Origin: Clostridia bacterium
GTDB taxonomy: Bacteria; Bacillota; Clostridia; UMGS1840
Assembly (NCBI GenBank): GCA_017936745.1
Contig: JAGBEY010000001.1
Coordinates: 5,111-69,110, forward strand
Reading direction: 5' to 3'
Length of the DNA stretch: 64,000 nt
Made by a program: the position numbers and the translations under genes. Positions 37,821 through 46,889 of this stretch are shown here, piece by piece. The notes under the pieces are model-generated. The model did no database searches. It was not told the DNA's origin and saw only the letters and a list, made by a program, of their open reading frames with translations. Numbering within the stretch: position 1 is the stretch's first letter; every line of letters starts with the position of its first letter.

Positions 37821-38738
37821 CTATTGTAACACAATAGGCGCAGGCGGATTGAGCAGCAATTTTGCAATCTGGTAGCAGTCAATCCAGATTTGATTGTTGC
37901 CGTCCTTTTGCACCTCATTAAAAATCAACTGAATACCAAAATGTAAATGAGGCACATTGATATTATTTACATTTTCTTTAAAACTGTAGCCGGTCTGACC
38001 TACATAACCGATGGTTTGGCCGGCTTTTACCGTTTGCCCTTCTTGTAAATCCTTTGTATAGGGATGGTCTTTTCTCAGGTGTGCATAATAATAGTAGCGG
38101 AGCCCGTCGAAGCTCCGGATACCAATCCTCCAGCCACCATAGCGGTTCCAGCCCAGCACCTCAACAACACCATCCTCTACTGCAGCAACGGGAGTTCCGG
38201 TTGCTGTGAAAAAGTCGTGTCCCTGATGCTTCCTTGCAAAGCCGTAGCTTCGTTTGTTTCCGAAATCATCGGAGTCGGCGTAGCTACCCTTTACGGGATG
38301 GCGGATTTTTAAGCCATATTTTACTACGGTTGTCTCGCTGCCGTCAGGAGCTTTGACAGTGGTTTCATATTCACCGACCCAGCCTCCCATAACGGCATTA
38401 TAGGCAGTGAGATAATAAGAAAACAGCTTCATATCTGTGGGATGACTTTCCAAAAGAGCTTTTGCTGCTTGTTTTATATCGGCTGTCTTAACCGAATGAA
38501 AGTTACCGCCCGTTTTTGCGGCAACATAGCTTAATACTTCAATAAAATCAATGGGGTTTTCTGTTTTCTGGGAGGCGATATCCAAAGAAATTGCCTGATA
38601 TAACAAAGAATAGGGAATGTTGAATTCCACCCATTTGGGATACCCTTGGGTTTCGCTTGCTGACTGGAAGGAGGTAGGCAATATCGTGATGAATAGCATA
38701 CAGAGAAGCAATGCTCCAAAGGGAATAAGATACCGCAA
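37821..38738 (-). CDS. M23-family peptidoglycan metalloendopeptidase
   Basis: It has the LytM motifs HQGHDFF (HxxxD) and VPHLHFGIQ (HxH). I placed the start at the TTG at 38738, 7 nt after a perfect GGAGG. The maximal ORF to 38837 lacks an SD and would begin inside the divergent infC promoter. Confidence 0.75.
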   Translation of the reverse strand: MRYLIPFGALLLCMLFITILPTSFQSASETQGYPKWVEFNIPYSLLYQAISLDIASQKTENPIDFIEVLSYVAAKTGGNFHSVKTADIKQAAKALLESHPTDMKLFSYYLTAYNAVMGGWVGEYETTVKAPDGSETTVVKYGLKIRHPVKGSYADSDDFGNKRSYGFARKHQGHDFFTATGTPVAAVEDGVVEVLGWNRYGGWRIGIRSFDGLRYYYYAHLRKDHPYTKDLQEGQTVKAGQTIGYVGQTGYSFKENVNNINVPHLHFGIQLIFNEVQKDGNNQIWIDCYQIAKLLLNPPAPIVLQ

Positions 38739-38831
38739 AAAAATTCCTCCGTTTCCGGCTTGTTGTTTTCTCAGTTTGATTGTATGTTTTGCCTCTCTTA
38801 GATAGAACATAAAAAAATTCAAAAAAACACT

Positions 38832-38859
38832 TGACAAATGAAAAATATATGATATAATA
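38832..38859 (+). promoter_or_regulatory. sigmaA-type promoter of infC-rpmI-rplT operon
   Basis: TTGACA (38832-38837) is followed by a 16-nt spacer and an extended -10, TGaTATAAT, whose hexamer lies at 38854-38859. Confidence 0.6.
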
Positions 38860-38860
38860 C

Positions 38861-38990
38861 TAAGGAATTCATAAGGAAAGAAGAAGTGTTCCGCTTCTCA
38901 CCTTGCCGATACCAGTTGGCAGGTTATGCAGATAACATGGGAGAAAGCTCCTTTGTTTTTGTGAGGGCGGATTGAAATCCGTCTTTTTTT
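38861..38990 (+). promoter_or_regulatory. L20-type ribosomal protein leader with attenuator terminator
   Basis: The roughly 130-nt 5' UTR ends in the hairpin GGCGGAT-TGAA-ATCCGTC (38966-38983) plus a 7-T run just upstream of infC. The position and architecture match the Firmicute L20 leader, although I did not verify the covariation model. Confidence 0.6.
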
Positions 38991-39037
38991 ATGTCTTATC
39001 ACATTTGGGAAAAAATAAAAGTAAGGGGTGCATTTCC

Positions 39038-39547
39038 ATTAGCGTGAAAGAATTACCGATTAATGAGGAAATCCGGGAAAAAGAAGTCAGAGTGATTGGT
39101 GCTTCCGGTGACCAGCTTGGCGTATTGTCTTTAAACGATGCGCTGGATGCTGCCACAAAAGCAAATCTTGATTTGGTTATGATTTCTCCCAAAGCGGTTC
39201 CGCCGGTTTGTAAAATTATGGACTATGGTAAATACCGTTTTGAGCAGGCGAAAAAGGAAAAAGAAATCAAGAAAAATCAGAAAGTTGTTACCATTAAGGA
39301 AGTTCGTCTTTCTGTTAACATCGACACTCACGATTTCAACACGAAGCTGAATCAGGCAATCAAGTTCTTGAAAGCAGGCGACAAGGTAAAAGTTTCTGTT
39401 CGCTTCCGCGGCAGAGAAATGGCACATACCAATCTGGGTGCAGATACCTTGAACCGATTCGGTGAAGCGATTACCGAAGTCGGCAATGTAGATAAGCCGC
39501 CCAAGATGGAAGGCAGAAGTATGGTAATGTTCTTAGGCCCTAAATAA
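39038..39547 (+). CDS. infC: translation initiation factor IF-3
   Basis: The conserved N-terminus is ..KELPINEEIREKEVRVIG. The likely start is the non-canonical ATT at 39038, or the GTG at 39044, downstream of an AAGGGG SD. The upstream part of the ORF from 38972 lies inside the attenuator hairpin. Confidence 0.9.
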   Translation: MSVKELPINEEIREKEVRVIGASGDQLGVLSLNDALDAATKANLDLVMISPKAVPPVCKIMDYGKYRFEQAKKEKEIKKNQKVVTIKEVRLSVNIDTHDFNTKLNQAIKFLKAGDKVKVSVRFRGREMAHTNLGADTLNRFGEAITEVGNVDKPPKMEGRSMVMFLGPK

Positions 39548-39595
39548 ACCATTTTAGGTTTTCGATATTTATAAAATAAGAGAGGAGAATTTATT

Positions 39596-39793
39596 ATGCC
39601 TAAAATTAAGACACACAGAGGTGCAGCAAAAAGATTTTCACTGACCAAAGGTGGCAAAGTAAAAAGAGCCAAAGCAGGAAGAAGACACATTCTGAACAAA
39701 AAAACCACTAAGAGAAAAAGACACTTAAGAATGGGTGGCTATGCTTGCGAAGCAAATGCAGCAGTCATCAAAAAACTGATTCCTTATAAATAA
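39596..39793 (+). CDS. rpmI: 50S ribosomal protein L35
   Basis: The product begins [14 protein letters not shown]. Confidence 0.95.
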   Translation: MPKIKTHRGAAKRFSLTKGGKVKRAKAGRRHILNKKTTKRKRHLRMGGYACEANAAVIKKLIPYK

Positions 39794-39854
39794 GTTTTAT
39801 AAGAATCTTTCTTTGTAACATCGAAATTATAGAAGTTGGAGGATATAGAATACT

Positions 39855-40208
39855 ATGGCAAGAATCAAAGGTGCTGTTACCACCAGAAGAAGACATAAAA
39901 AAATCTTAAAATTAGCAAAAGGTTACAGAGGCGGCAAAAGCAGATTGTTCAGAACTGCAAATGAAGCAGTTATGAAATCTCTGGTTTATGCTTACATCGG
40001 CAGAAAACAGAAAAAGAGAGAATTCAGACAGCTGTGGATTGCAAGAATCAACGCTGCAGCAAGAATGAACGGCATCAGCTATTCCAGACTGATGAACGGT
40101 CTGAAAAAAGCAAACATCGAAATCAACAGAAAAATGCTTTCCGAAATTGCAATTGCGGATCCTGCTGCTTTCACCGCTTTGGTAGAAAAAGCAAAAGCTG
40201 CTCTGTAA
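39855..40208 (+). CDS. rplT: 50S ribosomal protein L20
   Basis: The product begins [26 protein letters not shown]. Confidence 0.95.
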   Translation: MARIKGAVTTRRRHKKILKLAKGYRGGKSRLFRTANEAVMKSLVYAYIGRKQKKREFRQLWIARINAAARMNGISYSRLMNGLKKANIEINRKMLSEIAIADPAAFTALVEKAKAAL

Positions 40209-40322
40209 GATACAGTATTTACAGACTAAAATATGCAATCATTTCAATAATATGACACTTGGCGGCCAACAGTTCGGTCGTCATTTGTTTTATGAATCTA
40301 TAAAACCTTCAGGGATGAAACT

Positions 40323-41702
40323 ATGAATAGAATACTTCGAAAATTTATGGAGCGTCAACCTGCAAGATTTATTGCAATTGGTTTTCTCACAATCATTCTT
40401 GTAGGAGCGGGTTTGTTGACCTGCCCCTTTGCCACACGAAGCAGAGAAGCGACTTCTTTTGTGGATGCTTTGCTTACTGCAACCAGTGCCACCTGCGTGA
40501 CCGGACTTTCCGTGGTGGATACCGGCTCATACTGGTCGGGCTGGGGGCAGCTTATTATTTTAACTTTAATTCAAGTCGGTGGACTTGGCTTTATGTCCCT
40601 TGCGGCGATGGTTTCACTGATGTTTCGTCGCTCTTTAGGTATCCGTGAAAGGCTGTTGCTGGCAGAATCTATCAATACGGTGGGTGTTGACGGCATTTTG
40701 AGGATGCTTCGTTATATGCTTTTCGGTACCTTTTTGTGTGAGGGAGTTGGTGCCGCACTGTTGTGTATTCGCTTTGTTCCGGAATTTGGATTCGGGAAAG
40801 GTATTTTTTATAGTATCTTCCACTCTGTTTCAGCATTCTGCAATGCCGGGTTTGATATTTTGGGAACAGTAGAGCACCCCTTCTCATCGCTCAGCGCCTA
40901 CGTAACAGATCCGCTTGTTAATATAGTCATTATGCTTTTGATTGTGTTTGGCGGAATTGGTTTTCTGGTTTGGGAAGATGTGCTTACCCAGCCTAAGCCC
41001 AAACGGTGGAAGCTGCACACCAAGCTGGTACTGAGTGTTACCGGATGTCTTTTGGTATCCGGATTTTTAGGATATCTCATGTTGGAATGGAACAATCCGC
41101 TTACATTGGGGCAATTTGCAGGTATGCAAAAACTGTGGCCTGCTGCCTTTATGAGTGTTACCACCAGAACTGCCGGCTTTTCTACCTTTGACATTACGGG
41201 TATGGGAATGCCATCCAAAGTTTTGACAATGGCTATGATGTTTATCGGTGGTTCTCCCGGCTCCACTGCAGGGGGCGTTAAAACCACTGTATTTGGTGTG
41301 GCTATTCTGAGTTTGTATGCCGTACTGAAGGGGAAAAACTATATTCATATATTCCGCCGACGGCTGAATTCCAATGTGATGCTTCGTGCGATTGCTATTA
41401 TTGTGCTTGGAATTTGCTTTGTTTGTATCGGCACGTTTCTGATTGTGGGATTGGAAAACAGGGTAAACTTTATCAGTCCTGCAACCTCTAATGTTTTGTT
41501 TGAAACAGTCAGCGGTTTTGCAACTGTGGGACTTAGTATGAATTTGACACCACTGCTTTCTCCGCCCAGCTTAATCGTTTTATGCTTTCTGATGTTTGTG
41601 GGTAGAGTTGGAATTTTCACGGTGCTGCTTTCTTTCATGATAAAACAAACGCAAGCTGACAGTTCCTATCTATATCCGGAGGAGCGACTTTTAATCGGGT
41701 AA
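40323..41702 (+). CDS. TrkH/KtrB-family potassium uptake membrane subunit
   Basis: The 459-aa polytopic product has repeated pore-loop MPM motifs (TATSATCVTGLS, FCNAGFD, RTAGFST, ATVGLS). Confidence 0.85.
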   Translation: MNRILRKFMERQPARFIAIGFLTIILVGAGLLTCPFATRSREATSFVDALLTATSATCVTGLSVVDTGSYWSGWGQLIILTLIQVGGLGFMSLAAMVSLMFRRSLGIRERLLLAESINTVGVDGILRMLRYMLFGTFLCEGVGAALLCIRFVPEFGFGKGIFYSIFHSVSAFCNAGFDILGTVEHPFSSLSAYVTDPLVNIVIMLLIVFGGIGFLVWEDVLTQPKPKRWKLHTKLVLSVTGCLLVSGFLGYLMLEWNNPLTLGQFAGMQKLWPAAFMSVTTRTAGFSTFDITGMGMPSKVLTMAMMFIGGSPGSTAGGVKTTVFGVAILSLYAVLKGKNYIHIFRRRLNSNVMLRAIAIIVLGICFVCIGTFLIVGLENRVNFISPATSNVLFETVSGFATVGLSMNLTPLLSPPSLIVLCFLMFVGRVGIFTVLLSFMIKQTQADSSYLYPEERLLIG

Positions 41703-41727
41703 TATTTTTGAGAGAGGATGAAATGCA

Positions 41728-42372
41728 ATGAAATCATTCGCAGTGTTAGGATTAGGAAGATTTGGTAGCAGTGTTGCCAAAACAATTGCTGCCGGGGATT
41801 TTGAGCTGCTGGCGGTTGACCGTGACGCAGATGCGGTTCAGGCAGTTGCCAAGGAAATTCCCAATGCGGTAATTGCGGATTTCACCAATGAACAGGCATT
41901 GAAGGATTTGGGAATTGGAAATTACGATGTTGTTGTGGTTGCCGTGGCTGGAGATTTGGAAACTGCAATTTTAACCACTGTTCTTTTAAAGGAACAGGGG
42001 GTAAAAACAGTCGTGGTGAAAGCAGTTGGTGAGCGCAACGCAAATATTCTGTATAAGATTGGAGCTGACCAGGTAGTTCGTCCGGAATATGAAATGGGTG
42101 TACGAGTGGCAAATGTTTTAACCGAATCCGATATTTTAGACAGTATTAAATTGTCTGCAGATTATAGTATTGTAGAATTTGCAGTTCCCGGAAAATGGCA
42201 CAAAAAAACCATCGCGCAGTTGGATTTGCGGAAAAGGTATGCGGTGACCGTGTTGGCAATTAAACGAAATCATGAGCTTTTGGTATCTCCGGCAGCTGAA
42301 GAAGTTTTTTTCGAGCATGACCTGGCGGTTATCATCGGAAGCAATGAATCTATCAGTCGGATGAGTGAGTAG
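41728..42372 (+). CDS. TrkA/KtrA-family potassium uptake peripheral (RCK, NAD-binding) subunit
   Basis: It has the GLGRFG Rossmann motif, RCK_N plus RCK_C organisation, and adjacency to the TrkH-family gene. Confidence 0.85.
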   Translation: MKSFAVLGLGRFGSSVAKTIAAGDFELLAVDRDADAVQAVAKEIPNAVIADFTNEQALKDLGIGNYDVVVVAVAGDLETAILTTVLLKEQGVKTVVVKAVGERNANILYKIGADQVVRPEYEMGVRVANVLTESDILDSIKLSADYSIVEFAVPGKWHKKTIAQLDLRKRYAVTVLAIKRNHELLVSPAAEEVFFEHDLAVIIGSNESISRMSE

Positions 42373-42405
42373 ACATTTGCATAAAATTAAAAAATCTGTT
42401 CAAAA

Positions 42406-42437
42406 TGTCAGTATAGAAATATACTGGCATTTTTTTA
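42406..42437 (+). terminator. intrinsic terminator
   Basis: TGTCAGTATA-GAAA-TATACTGGCA is followed by TTTTTTT. Confidence 0.6.
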
Positions 42438-42468
42438 TCTGTTTCTTAAAATGAAAAGGGGCGTGTTT

Positions 42469-42927
42469 ATGAAACAAAAACAAATCGGGGTACTTCTTGC
42501 ACTGTGCCTGTTCCTGATATTCGGAGTATGGCATAGTATAGAGCAAACAGCACTGTCCGCCAATAGCTATCAGACCAATCTTCAGCTTCTTGCCCGTGCA
42601 GTCAACGGAGAGGCAAGAGGAGAGCCATACGAAGGACAGGTAGCGGTGGCGGCAGTGATTTTAAATCGGGTGCGGCATCCCTCCTTTCCCAATACGGTTG
42701 CAGGTGTCATTTATCAGCCGGGGGCATTTACAGCGGTGTCCGATGGGCAAATCAATGTGCCGATTGATCCAAAATCTACAATTTATAAAGCATGTACCGA
42801 TGCAATGAACGGTTGGGATCCGAGCGGTGGCGCAATTTATTATTTCAATCCCAAAACCGCAACCAGTAAATGGATCTGGTCACGGCCGGTGATTAAACAA
42901 ATCGGAAACCATCGTTTTGCAAAATAG
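42469..42927 (+). CDS. sleB: spore cortex-lytic cell wall hydrolase, SleB/CwlJ family (Hydrolase_2 domain only)
   Basis: It has the motif LLARAVNGEARGEPYEGQVAVAAVILNRV..P.FPNTV..V..Q.GAF and lies directly upstream of ypeB. The ATG at 42469 follows an AAGGGG SD. Confidence 0.75.
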   Translation: MKQKQIGVLLALCLFLIFGVWHSIEQTALSANSYQTNLQLLARAVNGEARGEPYEGQVAVAAVILNRVRHPSFPNTVAGVIYQPGAFTAVSDGQINVPIDPKSTIYKACTDAMNGWDPSGGAIYYFNPKTATSKWIWSRPVIKQIGNHRFAK

Positions 42928-42937
42928 GGAGGATGTT

Positions 42938-44278
42938 ATGATGTTCAGAAGAAAACAATGGCTTGGTCTTGGGGCAGGAATTTTTATATTTCTGCTTTCC
43001 GTTTCGGTTGTCTTAGCCAAAGAGCACAAGCAAAGTCTTTTATATCTGGAAAATCAAAATCGCCGTTCCTTTACGGAGCTTACCGAAAGTGTTCGGAATA
43101 TTGATGTGGCGTTGTCGAAAGCAGTACTTTCCCGGGAGCCTGCAATTTTAAATCAGCTTTCTCATGAGATTACCGCAAATGCTGCATTTGCAAAAAGCTC
43201 GCTGGGGCAGCTTCCGGTTACAGACATCAACCTGGATAAAACCCAAAAATATCTGGCACAGGTTGGAGATTACACTGTTTATCTTGCAGAAAAGACACAG
43301 AGAAATCAACCTGTGACCGAAGCAGACGTGAAAACTATGCTTTCACTTTTGGGGTATGCCGATCACTTGAGTAATACCTTGTTATCCTTGGAGGAAACCT
43401 ATTTTGGCGGAAATACCACCTTTTCCGATATGATTTCTATGACGCAAAAAGCCAGTGCGGCAGAGGACAATCCTGACAATCAGTTTACCGTTTTAGAACA
43501 GAAATTCGGAAATTATCCCCGTTTGATTTATGATGGTGCTTTTTCCGACCATCTGGATAATCGTCAGGCAGAATATCTGGTTGACAAGCCTGAGATTTCT
43601 AAAAAGGAAGCTCAGGAGGCGGCACGGAATTTCTTAGGAACAGAACGGGTGAAAAGTATCAAGTGCATTGGAGAATCTCAGAACACAATTCCGGTATCCT
43701 ACAGCTTTACGGGGAAACTTGCCGATGATACCGACTATTCCATCGACATCACCAAGCAGGGCGGGGAAGTATTATATTATCTGAATAACCGAGAGAATCA
43801 TACTGCCAATTTATCTGTAGAGGACGCCATGGAAAAAGGACTTGCGTTTCTGAAATCAATAGGCAGAGGAAATGTAACGGCAAGTTACTATGAAATCGGA
43901 GACGGTTTTCTGACATTGAACTATTGCCCCTTAAACGGAGATATCCGGGAATATCCTGATTTAATGAAGCTCCGCATTTCTCTGGATAACGGAGAAATTT
44001 TAGCGTATGAGGCGAAAGGATACCTTTTGAATCACAGAAAACGGGAAGTGCCGGAGTTTATGCCCTTCCATCCGGAGGAGCATATAGATTCATCAATTCA
44101 AATATCCTCGGTGAACAGAGCCTTGATTCCTACCGATGATGGCAGAGAGATCTATGCTTACGAGCTGAAAGGAAAACTCAACAACCGGGACTATCTGGTT
44201 TATATCAATGCCGAAACCGGAAACACCGAACAAATCCTTTTGGTGATTGAAAATGAAAATGGAGTTTTAACGGAATAA
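42938..44278 (+). CDS. ypeB: germination protein YpeB (PepSY-domain protein)
   Basis: It has an N-terminal TM, a length of about 450 aa and C-terminal PepSY-like repeats, and it is translationally adjacent to sleB. The ATG at 42938 follows a GGGAGGA SD. Confidence 0.75.
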   Translation: MMFRRKQWLGLGAGIFIFLLSVSVVLAKEHKQSLLYLENQNRRSFTELTESVRNIDVALSKAVLSREPAILNQLSHEITANAAFAKSSLGQLPVTDINLDKTQKYLAQVGDYTVYLAEKTQRNQPVTEADVKTMLSLLGYADHLSNTLLSLEETYFGGNTTFSDMISMTQKASAAEDNPDNQFTVLEQKFGNYPRLIYDGAFSDHLDNRQAEYLVDKPEISKKEAQEAARNFLGTERVKSIKCIGESQNTIPVSYSFTGKLADDTDYSIDITKQGGEVLYYLNNRENHTANLSVEDAMEKGLAFLKSIGRGNVTASYYEIGDGFLTLNYCPLNGDIREYPDLMKLRISLDNGEILAYEAKGYLLNHRKREVPEFMPFHPEEHIDSSIQISSVNRALIPTDDGREIYAYELKGKLNNRDYLVYINAETGNTEQILLVIENENGVLTE

Positions 44279-44296
44279 GTTTTCGTTCAAAAAATA

Positions 44297-44338
44297 GAAA
44301 AACCATTCTGAAACAGCCTGTTTCAGAATGGTTTTTTT
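44297..44338 (+). terminator. intrinsic terminator
   Basis: AAAAACCATTCTGAAACAG-CC-TGTTTCAGAATGGTTTTT forms a 17-bp perfect stem followed by a T-run. Confidence 0.8.
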
Positions 44339-44408
44339 CTGGTGTTTTCCTGAAAGAATAAGAGAGGAAAAAATTTTTAAAAAATTTGAAAAAAATTTCA
44401 AAAAACAC

Positions 44409-44437
44409 TTGCAATTTGCAAAACAATCTGCTATAAT
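44409..44437 (+). promoter_or_regulatory. sigmaA-type promoter of S10 operon
   Basis: TTGCAA (44409-44414) is followed by a 17-nt spacer and TATAAT (44432-44437). Confidence 0.6.
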
Positions 44438-44746
44438 AACATAGGTTATGTTATGCGATGAGGTGGAAGGTGGCTTCAAAACGGTAAAAACCGGCTGTTT
44501 TGAAGGGAATTTCCACGGAGTATGTTTGGTTTGAAACCAAGCGGCTAAAATACGGTAATCTATGAAGACAACTTTGTGTACTCACATCGTTACCATTTTT
44601 ATGCCCGAAAATTTTTACCACTTGCGATAAAAATCTTCGGGATATTTTATGGAATAGGTGTGAAACACGAGGGTGAGTGTCGGAAAAATTATCCGTGTGC
44701 CGAAACATTTCACAAAAATATTTAAAATTTAGGAGGAAACACGGTT
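44438..44746 (+). promoter_or_regulatory. long (~300 nt) highly structured 5' leader of rpsJ operon
   Basis: It contains several extended hairpins: GTGGAA..CTTCAAAAC..GTTTTGAAG..TTCCAC at about 44465-44518; CCCGAAAATTTTTA..TAAAAATCTTCGGG at about 44612-44650; and TGTGAAA..TTTCACA at about 44658-44715. I saw no credible ORF. Confidence 0.4.
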
Positions 44747-45061
44747 ATGGCAGCAATGAAAGAAAAAATCAGAATCAGACTGAAAGCATACGATCACGTT
44801 ATCTTAGATCAGTCTGCAGAAAAGGTGGTTGAAACCGCAAAGAGAACTGGCGCAGGAGTATCCGGCCCCATTCCGCTTCCCACCAAAAAAGAAATTGTTA
44901 CAATTTTAAGAGCGGTTCACAAATATAAAGATTCCCGGGAACAATTTGAGATGAGAACTCACAAAAGAATGATCGACATCTTGAATCCCACCGCAAAAAC
45001 TGTTGATGCTTTGATGAAATTAGACCTGCCCGCAGGTGTAGAATTCGACATCAAACTGTAA
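44747..45061 (+). CDS. rpsJ: 30S ribosomal protein S10
   Basis: The product contains [13 protein letters not shown] and the gene holds the S10-operon position. Confidence 0.95.
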   Translation: MAAMKEKIRIRLKAYDHVILDQSAEKVVETAKRTGAGVSGPIPLPTKKEIVTILRAVHKYKDSREQFEMRTHKRMIDILNPTAKTVDALMKLDLPAGVEFDIKL

Positions 45062-45229
45062 AACAAGGCTATTATTTATATTATATATAATAGTATACGA
45101 GTTTTCTCTTACCTGTGTCAAAGAGAATTCGTATGGGCGAATAACCGCCCACCTGATACCTCAAAAACTTATGGGGTACCAAGGTCATGTTGGGCAAACC
45201 CCAACCAATAACCATAGGAGGAAAAAATT

Positions 45230-45868
45230 ATGGAAAAAGCAATTCTGGGTAAAAAAATCGGTATGACTCAGCTTTTCACCGAAGCCGGCAAATTTGTTCC
45301 GGTTACCGTAATTGAAGCAGGTCCCTGTTTTGTTACTCAAAAGAAAACCGTTGAAATTGACGGTTACAACGCGATTCAGGTTGGTTTTGTGGAGACCAAA
45401 GAAAAGAAATCAAACAAACCCTTAATGGGCCACTTTAAGAAAGCCGGCACTTCCATTATGAAATTCTTAAGAGAATTCAAGTTGGATGACACCGCTTCTT
45501 ACAATGTGGGAGACGAGCTGAAAGCAGGCATCTTCGCAGAAGGTGATGCTGTTGATGTAACCGGTATCTCCAAAGGTAAAGGTTACCAGGGCTCCATCAA
45601 GAGACACGGTCAGTCCAGAGTTCCTATGAGCCACGGTGCTGGTCCGGTACACAGAAGCGCAGGTTCTATGGGAGCATGTTCTTCTCCGTCTCGTGTATTC
45701 AAAGGCAAAAAACTTCCCGGTCACATGGGTAATGTTCAGGTAACTGTTCAGAACTTAGAAATCGTGAAGGTTATGGAAGATAAAAACCTGATTCTTGTAA
45801 AAGGTGCTATTCCCGGTCCCAAAGGCGGATTGGTTACCGTAAAAAGCTCTGTAAAATCTGCAAAGTAA
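45230..45868 (+). CDS. rplC: 50S ribosomal protein L3
   Basis: The product contains [12 protein letters not shown]...GKGYQG. Confidence 0.95.
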   Translation: MEKAILGKKIGMTQLFTEAGKFVPVTVIEAGPCFVTQKKTVEIDGYNAIQVGFVETKEKKSNKPLMGHFKKAGTSIMKFLREFKLDDTASYNVGDELKAGIFAEGDAVDVTGISKGKGYQGSIKRHGQSRVPMSHGAGPVHRSAGSMGACSSPSRVFKGKKLPGHMGNVQVTVQNLEIVKVMEDKNLILVKGAIPGPKGGLVTVKSSVKSAK

Positions 45869-45956
45869 TTACAGACGCAAAACTGAAAATGCTATCACCC
45901 GCTCTCAGGGGTGACAACAATTGATAATCAGCCTTTGGCTGGAAGGAGGAAATAAG

Positions 45957-46580
45957 ATGCCTAAAGTAGCATTATACAATATTGAAGGCAAAGAAATCGG
46001 CGAAATCGAATTAAAAGACGAAATCTTCGCTGTTGAAATCAGCAATGCAGCACTTCATATGACTGTGAAAAACTACCTGGCAAATCAGAGACAGGGTACA
46101 CAGTCTACCAAAACCCGTACCGAAGTTAGCGGTGGCGGTGCAAAACCGTGGAAACAGAAAGGAACCGGTCGTGCAAGACAAGGCTCCATCCGTGCTCCTC
46201 AGTGGAAAGGTGGCGGCGTAGCATTAGGTCCGAAACCGAGAGATTACAGCTACACCTTAAACAAAAAGACCAGAAGACTGGCATTAAAATCTGCTCTGTC
46301 CGCAAAAGTTTTAGAAAACAACATTGTTGTTGTTGACAGCCTGGCAATGGCAGAAATCAAAACCAAATCTTTCGTTAAGATTTTAGAAAACTTAAAAGTT
46401 GATACCAAAGCATTCGTAGTTACCGGTGCAAAAGAAGCAAACTTAGTTGCTTCTGCAAACAATGTTCCCGGTGTAAAAACTGCAGTGGTTGATACCATCA
46501 ACACTTACGATGTATTAAATCACACCAAACTGGTGATTGAAGCATCTGCAGTAGCAAAATTAGAGGAGGTGTACTGTTAA
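45957..46580 (+). CDS. rplD: 50S ribosomal protein L4
   Basis: The product begins [13 protein letters not shown] and contains [14 protein letters not shown]. The start was moved to 45957, after a GGAAGGAGG SD. Confidence 0.95.
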   Translation: MPKVALYNIEGKEIGEIELKDEIFAVEISNAALHMTVKNYLANQRQGTQSTKTRTEVSGGGAKPWKQKGTGRARQGSIRAPQWKGGGVALGPKPRDYSYTLNKKTRRLALKSALSAKVLENNIVVVDSLAMAEIKTKSFVKILENLKVDTKAFVVTGAKEANLVASANNVPGVKTAVVDTINTYDVLNHTKLVIEASAVAKLEEVYC

Positions 46581-46581
46581 G

Positions 46582-46869
46582 ATGAACGCATACGATATCG
46601 TTATTGCTCCGATCATTTCGGAAAAATCTATGGGAATGCTGGCAGATAAAAAGTACACTTTCAAAGTGAATGCCAAAGCAAACAAAATCGAAATCAAAAA
46701 AGCGATTGAAGAAATCTTCAAAGTTGAAGTAGAAAAAGTTACTACTATCAATGTAATGGGTAAGAACAAGAGAGTTGGAGTACACCAGGGCAAAACCTCC
46801 GACTGGAAGAAAGCGATTGTAAAGCTGAAAGGCACTAAAACAATCGAATTCTTCGAAAGCTTACAATAA
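46582..46869 (+). CDS. rplW: 50S ribosomal protein L23
   Basis: The product contains IIAPIISEKS...YTFKV and the gene order fits. Confidence 0.95.
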   Translation: MNAYDIVIAPIISEKSMGMLADKKYTFKVNAKANKIEIKKAIEEIFKVEVEKVTTINVMGKNKRVGVHQGKTSDWKKAIVKLKGTKTIEFFESLQ

Positions 46870-46889
46870 TGAGAAGGAGATGATTGATA

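Noticed and set aside
38972-39037. Upstream TTG-started extension of the infC ORF (MKSVFFYVLSHLGKNKSKGC...)
   Set aside because: These codons lie within the attenuator hairpin and T-run of the leader and are not part of the conserved IF-3 N-terminus.
40209-40322. c-di-AMP (ydaO/kimA-type) riboswitch upstream of the TrkH/TrkA-type potassium transporter genes
   Set aside because: The spacer is only 114 nt and AT-rich. It lacks the pseudo-twofold-symmetric conserved ACGGGG/CCCG-type elements of that riboswitch.
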